NCBI GenBank assembly: GCA_047967505.1
Contig: CM106538.1
Origin: Dipteris shenzhenensis
Taxonomy: Eukaryota
Strand: one strand, 5' to 3'
Length of the DNA: 64,000 nucleotides
Position 1 is the first letter of the stretch. Each line of letters opens with the position of its first letter. Of this stretch, positions 1 through 10,691 are shown one piece after another. The notes below the pieces were generated by a model. The model did no database searches. It was not told where the DNA came from and saw nothing but the letters and a program-made list of their open reading frames with translations. Made by a program: the position numbers and the translations under genes.

Positions 1-477
1 AACCGCTCGAGAAAAAACATCCATCGACTATGAATAGTACCTGCAATAGCCACCTCATCAACTATGCGCACAAGCAAGTGGACTTGAGTTGTCATAATGC
101 TCGAGGGAAAGTGCTTCTCAAGCAAGCATATGGCTTCGATGGATTCCACCCTAGCCTTCTCGATGCTCGATATGGAGATCTCTTTTTGAGATATCCACCT
201 ATTTCACATCCATGTAAGATATTTTCATAATCAGTCTACAGATTAATCAGCTTAAATTAAAGAAAAAGCAATCAATGCGATTTGATAGTAAGCATACCTC
301 ACAATACCACTGATCTTGAATATAGCATTTCTAACATCTTCTTGTAAGCACCCTTTTATTGTAATTTGGAGGATGAACTATCAAAGCAACAAAGAAGTCA
401 TGTCAACAATATAACATAATCATAATTACGCTAACGCATCACGATTATCGGTACACTAATTCTACAGCTTAGAATAC

Positions 478-509
478 CATTAAGAAAAAAGGGAGCTCAT
501 TTTGGGGCC
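478..509 (+). repeat. Putative transposon terminus (TIR-like), copy 1
   Basis: CATTAAGAAAAAAGGGAGCTCATTTTGGGGCC is 30/32 identical to 7213-7244. Similarity stops abruptly on both sides. Confidence 0.6.
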
Positions 510-969
510 TTTTACAGTTTGGAAAAATAATCTCTCAACCAATCAATAGAGGGCCAACGTAACATTGGAAATTCACAAAAATAAGAGAAAATAGAAAAAA
601 GAAACAATACTTTATGTAGGTACAAGCGTGCTACATTAATGTGGAGATTGGTTTTTTATTCTCACAAGATCTTTGGACATGAAGATAGAATCTAGTCTGA
701 CATTTTATTTGACAAGGGCCTTCCTACTTCCACCTTCCTTTGAACTTTGAAATGTTGTGCTGCCTTTCCTTCGAAAGGTCTACCATTCTACACCACTGCC
801 TCATTGTTCAGCAGCCTCTTCTTTTCCAAAACTGCTCCCTTGATCCTGTTTGGCGTAGAGTAAGATGTTTCTTGTCAACTGTCTGTCTGCCCACTTTCTC
901 TTTCTTGAAACTTCAATTTGTTATCTTGTTTACATTACTTTGCTATTGTTATAGATTCAGAAGGTCTCC

Positions 970-2186
970 ATGGTGAATAAAAACCATGGCTGTTCTTGTG
1001 GAAGACGCTCTGTGTATGATAATGCTATGAAGGCAGAATTATACCACACATCCTTACCCCATCGACCTACTTCTTCTATTTCTTCAGTAGAGAATTCAAG
1101 TACAGTCAAAACGGAAGGAACTTGGGAAAGGTTTAGTGTTTCGAAAGGAGCATGGGTGCTCATGCAACCTAGCAAAAGAAAAAGACCCCAGACAAAAAAC
1201 ATTTTCTTGGCATCATGGAAGGGAAGAGTATGAGATTTTAAAATCACCAGAGAGAAGATATCGGTGAAAGAAGTTTTGATTCAGCATGTGTACATGCATA
1301 AAGAACTTGTCTTGCAAGACTATCCAAATGATCTTCTGCAACACAGGCCTAATTGTATATTTTTCTATTGTGGTTTTTTTTCTTTACGAGGTGTATGGAT
1401 TTTTAAGATGAAGCTTTATTTCTTTGCTTATTGACATTCTTGTGTTGTTTTATTTCAGATTTATACCCTTCATCGTATGAGACATGGCAAAACATCGATT
1501 GTATTCTGGGATTTATAGATGTTCTGCATGGATCGATAGGAGAACAACAATACCAAGGTTGATGTGCAACAGAGCTAGCTCAATTGGGTATATTTTTTAC
1601 TGATCATTTTTATCAGTTGCTGGACAATGCTAACACACATGTTGTGTTAAGGAAACAAGACCTTCCAGCATGGAATTCAGTGGATTGGCCTCACCCACAT
1701 TCTAGTGTTACAAAGGCATATAGGGCCAAGCTTTTCAAAGAAGTACAGAAAGCTCTGAGGCCCAATATTGCCACAAGGATAATAAAAATTTCTTTATGCA
1801 TGCCTGTCACAGTTTTTGTGGACTTGTTTAATACCTTTCCAGTGAAGGTTTCAAAAACAATGTTCATAGTTAAAGGAACAAGTTCGGCATGCATGCCACA
1901 ATTTTTGGATAAAGGTTGGGATAAGAAGACATATAGTTCAGTGTTTTGTGAGGTTGTCCAACCTTCTATCCAACTGAAGTACATGGTTGCATCAAAAAAT
2001 TTTATTTTTTCTTTTTATTATAAGCGCAGTCAAATGCTAGGCACAAAACTAGTCCCAATGGATCAAGATGAAGTTTCTTTTGGTGCAGAAAATAAACTTC
2101 TTGATATTGATGTTGTTGAGAATGGTGATGTGCTAGTCAATATCTCCCTTAAGAGAATGTTGCTCCCTAGCTCAATTGCGCAATGA
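970..2186 (+). pseudogene. Spliced gene with BAH-like (bromo-adjacent homology) domain, inactivated by in-frame TGA stops
   Basis: Exons 970-1354 and 1459-2186 join in frame across a GT..AG intron (1355-1458). Translation: SKGAWVLMQP..WKGRV*DFK..VLIQHVYMHKEL..PNYLYPSSYETWQNIDCILGFIDVLH..GIFFTDHFY, which follows the BAH motif order. Stops at 1231 and 1560 look like CGA>TGA. The 3' end may continue to ~2440. Confidence 0.5.
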
Positions 2187-2497
2187 CATTCTATTTGAGA
2201 CAGAAGGTTCTATTTCAAACGACTTTTTATTTATCTACAACAATAAAAATGTACACCATATCTGATTTATCCTAGTCTCATTAAGCACTGCTATTAGTTT
2301 ACTTTACCCTATTGATTCATATTGCTTTTTTGCAGGTGCTCAAAAGAAGAGAGAGCTCAATAAAATGCAAAGACATTGAAAATTTGAAAATTGAGATAAC
2401 ACAGACTCCATAAACAAAGGTATTGTATTCAATAAAGTAAAATTTTGTACAAAAGTGTTTAGTTGTACATGTAGAACATATTCTTGACAATCATTTT

Positions 2498-4618
2498 CTA
2501 TTTATCCAGAGGCTGCTCTACATGGTCCAAGCTCTCTGTATCATCATTTTTTGGAGAATCTGTTTTCTGCTACTCCATCCTATCCTGTACAATATGTTGG
2601 TGCTGCTCCATTGTCTCCTCTACTACCCCTGGAGCATTTGTTTGCTGTTGCTCCATCTTCTCCTCAACAACATCAGCAGCAGGTCCTTGTTCCTGTGGCT
2701 TCTCCTCATCAGCACTAGGTCCTTGTTCCTGTGGCACCACATCAGCTTCATCTGTGGCATCAAGGTGTATGACACCTTCTCATACTTTAGAGCTCTCACC
2801 CAACTCGACAGTAGCTGGTACAATAAGTTTGGGGGAGGCATAGCTCAAAAACTTCCAAATTGTATGAGCTCTGAAATTATATACATAGTTTGAGCTGAAG
2901 CTATCTTCTTTCATCTGCAATGGCATATGATGATTTAGAACACTTTGTACCACTATCAATTATCTTCAAGCTAAATTAAAATTATTTTTTCTTACAAGGT
3001 CTCGCTGTTCTTTCTCAAAATAGCTTAAAAGTAGATATTTGGCACTGATCAGCACTCTCCATCTACAGCTACTTGAATCATCTTGTTGTGGTGTCTGTAC
3101 AGTTGGAAAGATATGTTAGAAACTATTAACATCTAAACAAAACAAAATTATTCAATAAGTTCAAAGGCATAGCATGAAATAGACATCAGTAAAGAGAACG
3201 ACTTTTTACCTCTAGATTTATTGGCTCTATTAAATCCAAAAGAGAGACATTAGGAGGACAGTGATCCAATGCATCTAGAAGCCTTCTAATACAACTGCAA
3301 TACATATAATTTAGTTAGTATGAAATCAAAATAATGAAGTTTTAAGTTAAAAAAGCACACACACCACTTACAATTTCAGCTCTCTATGTGTGTTTTTAAG
3401 AGAGTTGAATATAAAGTATTGCTTCTGCTGGATGTCAATAGAAACAAAACTCCAGTGGTCATTGCGTAAGGAAAAAAGCATTAAGAAATCAAGGCTACAA
3501 GAGTTCTCAATCTTAAAGAAGAATCCCAAAAGAAGCAGTCACCCACATACCTGTTATGGTATGGAAGTAGCAAAACATCGATAACTTCAAAATTGCAGTG
3601 TCTGAACCAGTTGGAAATACCAATGGGAGTTTCCTTTGCATCTCTTAACTTGGAAGAAATGGCAGGATCAATAATATGGACTGTATGCTGTATAGAGGGG
3701 TGAAGCCAGCTTCTTATCATGCTGCATGGGACCAAAAAATAATTAGGGTAGGATATAAAGGAGGTACAAGGAGGATTGTTTTGCAAAAAAATGTAAAATA
3801 ATAGACACTTACTAGAGCATTGCAAGAATGATAGTATCTGAGCAATACTCATTCTTATGAGCCAATGCTGCCAAGCGTGGTTTTGTTAAGTCAAAATCAT
3901 TCACTAAAGTTTTGACAACTATATTAGGGCCCAGCTCCTGCAACCTTCTTTGTATCTGCAGCTCCCTCTTTCCAATCTCCACATCTATAACAGATTTTGA
4001 TTCTTTTATTTGCTGCTTCAGTGACTCCTCATAAATAGCCTTCCCTCTGGTGTTCTTTGAGTGGGTTACTTCAACAACCTTAACCTCATCTACCTTCAAC
4101 TTCCTTGTAGGTGGAATTAATAATACGTCTCTCATCTTTATGTCCTACCATTCCACAGGATGAACAAGCTTGTCATACCTCCATCTCACTTTGGACAAAG
4201 TGTTAAAGTCTTTGGCCATCATAGTCACCCTGTGAGCATGGGCTGCTACCAGCATTGCATCTTCAAAATATTTTTCCAAGTAATCCTCTGCCATTTCCTA
4301 GGAAAGAATGGCAGTCCTGTTCCACCTAAACCCAAGGTGCCAACTATCACATATGTCTTTCACCAGTCTTTGAAAAGGTGCCTTGGGGATTGCAAAGCCT
4401 ATAGTTGTCTGTTGCTTCCTGATCTCCCTTAGAACACCTGCACCATGTTTCAATCTCTTGGCCTTTTGCTGGAGCAGGCTCATTGGCTTACCCTTCCTGC
4501 CATGTGCAGCTCTTCCCTTTGGAGGCACACTAAATTTCTTGGTACCTGCCCTAGCTGCTATTGCTGCAAGCCCTGGCCCTTTGCCAGCTTTCCTTGCAGT
4601 TGACTTGGTTCTTGCCAT
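2498..4618 (-). pseudogene. Histone H3 variant fused to Ulp1/peptidase C48 (SUMO protease-like) domain, with acidic C-terminal tail
   Basis: Exons 4618-3813, 3721-3551, 3461-3372, 3294-3210, 3094-2996 and 2914-2498 splice in frame. Introns are GT..AG except one acceptor that reads CAA. N-terminus: MARTKSTARK..VLREIRKQQ..PFQRLVKDI..FRW..EDYLEKYFEDAMLVAAHAHRVTMMAKD. C48 motifs: LLLPYHNSDHWSFVSID..YFIFNSL..TPQQDDSSSC. Four internal stops (TAG/TGA). Confidence 0.85.
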
Positions 4619-4649
4619 CACTCTGACAAACTGCATACAAAGCAATGGA

Positions 4650-6360
4650 AAGAGATTACAGCCATGGAGAACATGGTATGACAAAAAAAGACAATCACAG
4701 GGGTGGATGAAGCAACATTGAAAATTTTGCAATAAAATGCGATATGGACAGTTTGAAATTCCTAACAGCTCGAAATGCGTTTTCCTACAAATACCTGAAG
4801 TGACATGCTGGTGCATTCCTACAGTGATTTCTCTGTCTTTACAACTAAATACAATATGAATGGAGTTTATGCAAGGAGAGTACAGCCATGGACAACTATG
4901 GAAGTCACAAAACCAGAATGACAGGGGTGGATGAAGCAACAGTTCAATATTCGCAACAAAATGCGATTTTGGCTGTTTGAAATTCCCAAGGCCTTCTCCT
5001 CGCATTTTCTTGCAAATTCATGAGGCAGCATGCTAGAATATGCCTTCAGTCATTTGAAGGTGTTTGCATGTCCATGCAGGATGGATTGAGTCTATGGAAG
5101 GCAAGAAGTGTGGACAGACTGAAGGAAGAACCCATAAGTACAGTTTTACCCTCACATGCAATTATCACACTTGAAGATGTGCATTCCTATAGTGATTTCT
5201 CTGTCTTTACAACTAAATAAAATATGGATTGAGTCTATGCATGTCCATGTAGGATGGATTATTTCTATGGAAGGCAAGAAGATTGCAGAGACTGAGGGAA
5301 GAACCCATTAGTACTAACCTGAAAGCTATTTATGGGTATGCTGTGCTGCTGATGAGTACCCTGTACTGGGGATGAACCTCTGCTGCTGGTCAAGATGTTG
5401 ATGTTGTAGAGTAGGGAGGTAGGGAGGCAAGAGAGCTAAGACTAGAGGGCAAGAGAGCTGAGACAGGATAGATTAGATAGGAGGGAAAAGATAAGTGCAA
5501 AATACAAATAAGGCAGCTACTAAATCCCACACGTGTGGAATGTAGTCGTTTTTCACACGTGTGGATGGGACCCAGATCTCTTGGAGTTTGAAACTTGGCA
5601 CATGTGAAAGGGATACTTTATGCCTTGGAACTTGTGCCATTCATGATTTCATAATCAATTCCACAACCACTCTTCCCTCCCCTGCCTCCCAATCTTTCAT
5701 CCCTGTGAGGGCCCTCGCATCTTCCTTTTCCTTCCCTCTCTAATCCCTTCCTACCCAGCACACTCCATCCAAACTGCAACCTGCTTGAAGACTACTAGCA
5801 CTGCCAGATCTCTAGGTTACCAAGGCTACAGTTCAAGTTTGGGAAAGAGCAGGAGATTCACCAGTGCAACTCCAACAGCATGGAAAAGGAAAAAAAAGGT
5901 CAGAATTCTAGATTCTTTTCAATGTTTTTTGACATATATTTCTTCCATCCATTGAATTCTTGATGTCCAAATATCTTCACTTAGCTCCACCCTTCTTGTT
6001 ACATATTCAATTTATACTGTCCAAGAATGTGGTAGATCACCCAAGAATTTGATTGGAGATGGATATGAATAGAACCTAGAAGTTTGCAACAAAATGCGAG
6101 GAGAGTGCTTTATCCATCTCTAGATAGCCCATATCGCATTTTGCTGCAAATTCCTATTGTTGACACATTCCTCATGAAAAGCTTCACTTAGCTCCAACCT
6201 TTCTCTTGCATATCAACTCATACTATCCAGGAATCAATGAGATGAACCTAGTATTTGATTTGACATGGATATCAACAGAACTGGAGAATTTGCAACAAAA
6301 TGCAAGGAGAGTGCTTCATATTTTCCAAATGGTCCTACATCGCGTTTTCCTGCAAATTCC
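4650..6360. repeat. Degenerate dispersed repeats with paired inverted motif TTGCAACAAAATGCGA, on both sides of a likely divergent promoter
   Basis: Forward/inverted motif pairs near 4726/4775, 4950/5000, 6082/6134 and 6289/6340. Palindromic CACACGTGTG (G-box core) at ~5528 and ~5554. Confidence 0.55.
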
Positions 6361-6601
6361 AGTGTCTCTTTTAGTTCTCACTTCTACCTCATTATTTTTC
6401 TATCTTTGGCCCTGTGGAATTCTTCTTTGATGATGAGAAATGTTTTTGCTTTGGAACAGTTGACTCCCAGGCCCCTCCTTTCAAGAGGAAGCTGGACTTT
6501 TCTGCTGCTATAATTAGACCACAGCAGTCACCAGGTGAGTCATGAGAGCTCATGAAGGGAATTATCTGGTCTTATACTAACACATTCATGCACACGTGCA
6601 A

Positions 6602-7212
6602 GACTTGTTACAAGTGGGTACCATGCTTGTCCTGTTTGTGGACTGGGTTTGAAATCGCTTGCACGATACTCCAAACATATGAGGAAAAATGTTTATGAAG
6701 TTCATGCTCGATACCTTCCGTTGGATCATCTCGCACATGGAGGTCAACTTGATCCACCACCATCATATTTGAAGGCAAGTGAATGGATTCAAGCTTGGAG
6801 GGTTAATGGAGAGGAACGTCCTCCTGGTATGAAGAGGCTATCAATCTTTCACGAGCTTCCTTATTGGGGTCAGCTACAAATCAATCATCTCTTGGATCCC
6901 ATGCATATCTTCAAGAATGTGGGGGCTACTATTTGGGCACACTTGGTTGGTTCCAAAGACTCGAGAGGAGTGTGAGAAGACTTGTGTGCTATGAATAGGA
7001 TGTCTCATTTGTGGCCCCAAGTGCATGCTTCGGGAAAAGTTGTCCTCCCTAAAGCAACGTGGATCCTCTCTGCAAGGGAGGAGGCAGCGGTCAAGGCAGA
7101 CATTGCCTCTTTTCAAACACCGATAGGGTACATGCATTGCTTGAAAGGAGCATTTTCAAAGGACAATAAGCTTAGTGGGCTCAAGTCCCATGATTGGCAT
7201 AAGGTCTTACAG
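6602..7212 (+). pseudogene. CACTA (En/Spm) TnpD/Tnp2-family transposase fragment
   Basis: Motifs SGYHACPVCG, SIFHELPYW..LQINHLLDPMHIFKNV and LSGLKSHDWH. Truncated exactly at the 7213 terminus-like sequence. Confidence 0.85.
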
Positions 7213-7244
7213 CATTAGGGAAAAAGGGAGCTCATTTTGGGGCC
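7213..7244 (+). repeat. Putative transposon terminus (TIR-like), copy 2
   Basis: CATTAGGGAAAAAGGGAGCTCATTTTGGGGCC sits precisely where the CACTA transposase reading frame is cut off, upstream of the RAG1-like transposase. Confidence 0.65.
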
Positions 7245-7930
7245 CTGTAAGAAATTCACTATTTTTTGATTTATTTCTCTCCTTAAAGACCTCAAAAATA
7301 GTAAAATACGGAAACATGGCTCAGAACTGTCAGTAAGGACTACAAGACTGTCAGTTCAGAAAGGAATAAGATAATCTTTTGTTTGACTAACACGATTTTG
7401 CATTAAATATCTCCTTAGATTTTTTTTTGTTTACCAAATATTCCGCATCTCTTTTGCCGACGTGTGCAGGCCTTTCATAAAGAATCCATCACTGAACTTG
7501 GTGATTGCAAGTTTTCAAAATATTTACATAGATACTACCACACTTCCACGATTCATGTTACAAAATGACTATGAGATTGACAAGCAAACTTTGCAACCTC
7601 AGAAGCACAAAAAATGGCCGATACTAGTGAGTCACTATCTCAGAAGAAGCGATTACACCATCTTCACATCGACTTAGAAGAACAATATGCTCCAGCAAAA
7701 AAAGACGAAAGGATACGATGCTGAATGCTCAACAGTGGGAAAGTATGAGAAGAGAAGGGCTTCAACATATTCACTTATGGTGCGATGGAAGCATATATCC
7801 AAAATGTCAAGTAAAAACCTCTACACCTCCATTTGTTAATCCCACCACATTACTGAGGTTTGCCAGCGATGGACAAAATGGACTTCTTGGTTATATTTCA
7901 GCATAGTCTGCATTTGCAGAAACGTATAAA

Positions 7931-10346
7931 ATGATGTACTTACAAGAAAAGGGGGCCAAGATGCAGGAGATAGCCATTCGTGCAAAATTGGAGCAGCAGT
8001 TGCAGAATCAAATTGAGGAGCATTCAAAGAGTAAAAAAGAGTTGACAAGAGCAAGAAAGAAGAGAACCATGCTTGGAGACAGACTACGTAGCAGGAAGAT
8101 TAAAAACATTGCAAATTTGAAGGCTGGGATTGGTGGATGCAAGCAAAGAATTCAAGAAGCAAGGTTAGATTGAAATTTATCATTTTGAATACTCAAAAAG
8201 GCTCTCAAATGACTATATCTATTTCGTCCATTACCACAAAACAAGAATGGAGGTGCTGAATGATATAGGCATATTGTGTTGTTACTATAGGAAATTATTG
8301 GAGCCTACAAAAGAAAATATGGATATGAACCTTCTTCCTGTTAAACAAATGAAAGGATTGCTTTCTTGCGGTGTAGCAAAAGGTTTGATTGAGGAAAAAA
8401 AATACAAAACAGTCAAACGCAATGTTGTAGAGGACTTTGTATCCAATAATAAAGTTGATGGCACTACAATCCAAGAGGCTCTTGATGTTAGTGGAGTTAG
8501 CAGGAAGGGATATAGTTCGATTTTCCATGCGATATCCTCAACTTTGAAAGATCAAAGGATTAAACAAGTTTTACTGCCAAATCCAGCAACCGTGTGGAGG
8601 ATAAGAGGTCATTTGAATGAAAGTATAGATGAGTTTATTGGGCAATATATCCATATTGAAGAAATATTTCATGGCGGTAAAGGAACCACTGTGTATGATC
8701 CTTGGAACAATATATTTGTAGATCTACAACAACTTCAAAGAAGAATGGTCGAGTTTTATGGAATAACATTTGAGGAGTGCAAAGGCATTTAAAATTTGTT
8801 ATCAAACTAGATGAGTGTGAGGTTGTAAAGGAAAAGAAAATGGAAAGGGTTACTATTACATTGATGAATGGAGCACTTGATACATCATTGACTGAAGCGA
8901 GTTCGAAGTATTTTAGTGTGCAGTCGGAGAAACACATATGGTGGTTAGGCTCGTTCCAGGTATGATCATTTTTTGTTTTGTACTTGATTTTGGTCATTGT
9001 TTTCAAATCTGTTATAGTAAGACTTTTGTTTTCTATAATTTGGCAGGTGAAGACAGAAGACCATGAAACACTAGATTGGGTGTTTCACCACATGGAAATA
9101 CCAAGAATAATCAAAAGACAAGTGCAAGGCTAGAATCTCCATGTTGCAGGAAAAGGTGATTTTCAAGTAGAGTGGCACATGGCAGGGGATCTTAAAACAC
9201 TTAAGTGCATGTATAACGTTAGTAAAGGAGGCAACTCAAAGTCTCCTTGTCTTTAATGCAAAGAATCAGCTCAAGTAATGGATTCCAAATGGTGGAAGAG
9301 AGCACCTAATAGAGATAAAGTTGACCTTGACTTCAAGGCCATTCTGGACATTCCACTATGTAATGTTCACATCTACACATTGCATGGTCTATGTCGAATT
9401 ATTGAGAAATTGGTATTTTTGTATATTGGATTTGCTTGGAAACTCCGTCCCGATAAAAATAGAAAGGATGCTTTTCAAGCATTGGAAAAAGTGTTATCCG
9501 ATATAGGTCTACATGGAGGAGATGTTCAAATCACAAAGGATTTTAAAAAGTATACCAATGGCAAGGAGGTACCAATCAAGCCCTCTATTGGTGGTGTTAA
9601 GGCAAGAAGATTCTTGTCTCGACCCAAACACAATAAGCAAGTAAGGCAAGGTAGAACAGTTTCAAAGATTAATTACAGATTGTGGAAGCAAGTCCATAAT
9701 GCCGTGAAAGATCATGAGGTAGATGGGGAAGCACGAAATGTGAAGGCAGAGGTGTGGAGGTCTCTTGATCAACTCTTCATATTCTATGACAAAGTAACAT
9801 GGACAAAGAGTGATTACAAGAACTTTGAGGAGGCAATCAAACATTTTGGGAAGTCAATGAAAGACGTGTGGATAGCCTACAATATAACTCACTACATGGT
9901 AAGGTTCTGCCTTTTTCTTTTACTTAAGTGTGATCCTCTTTTTTTTATTACTTACTATGCATTCTTATGTCTTACAGCATATCATCTACAACCACCTTCC
10001 CTATTTTGTCAAAAAGTATGGATGCCCAGCAATTTGGTCTACCAAAGGCATGGAGAAGTCTCACTACATGGCACGTAATGCATTTTTCAGACACACACAA
10101 TGCTATGGAGGGAGTCAAAAGGCAAATAGTTTGAAGGAAGTATTCCAATGGTTTTACCGAGGCATACTACAGAGGTTGCATGCTAAAAGAAAAGTTGCTA
10201 GCTCCAAAGTCAAGCTTGCTTTTCTTCTAGCCCAAAAGTAAAGATGAAGACAAACTCTAGACAATTCAACGGCAGCAGAGAGACATAGAAAATGGAGGGA
10301 ATCGAAGATATTTAGAAACCATAAATGGACAAGTAAACATGAATAG
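7931..10346 (+). pseudogene. RAG1/Transib-like (CMC/Transib/Chapaev group) DDE transposase, spliced and disrupted
   Basis: Introns 8960-9046 and 9899-9977 (GT..AG); frameshift ~8790; several stops. Motifs in order: FVIKLD, MERVTITLM, QSEKH, EDHETL, AGDLK, PCL*C, TLHG, ITHYMHIIYNHLP..YG..IWSTKGMEKSH, SLKEVF. This is collinear with the RAG1 core. The true start is uncertain and may be ~7555. Confidence 0.8.
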
Positions 10347-10691
10347 GAATTTGTAACTTATTGGTGTTATGTCCACATGTTTTCAAACTCAATCAATAGA
10401 TTTTTTTTTTGTGGAACAAGTGACTCTTGGTGTTATGCCTATATGATTTGAGACTCCATCAACAGTATTTCTTTTGTGAAACATGTGATCTAAACGTAAT
10501 AGGTTCACAATTTCAATATATTTTTTGTTTAATATTTAATGACACCACTCTATCTATCCCAAGGACTTTGTACAAATCATTTCATCTTCAACTTATTGTT
10601 CATTTATAAAAGATCATACCATACATCAAAGACTTTGTACAAATCAGTTCAACTTCAATATAATGTTTGTGCTATATTTGATGACTAAATC

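Noticed and set aside
4298-5005. 235-aa ORF as the true H3 protein, or as host CENH3
   Set aside because: The first 129 codons are repeat or intron-like sequence (acceptor-like tgcag just upstream of ATG 4618). The ORF's stop falls in the middle of the fold, which continues in frame. Loop 1 is not extended and PFQR is retained, unlike typical CENH3.
6602-7212. CACTA transposase as the mobiliser of the H3-Ulp1 gene
   Set aside because: Not fully excluded, since CACTA elements can carry Ulp1 and CATTA resembles CACTA. However, it is only a short internal fragment cut by the 7213 terminus, and that terminus leads into the RAG1-like transposase.
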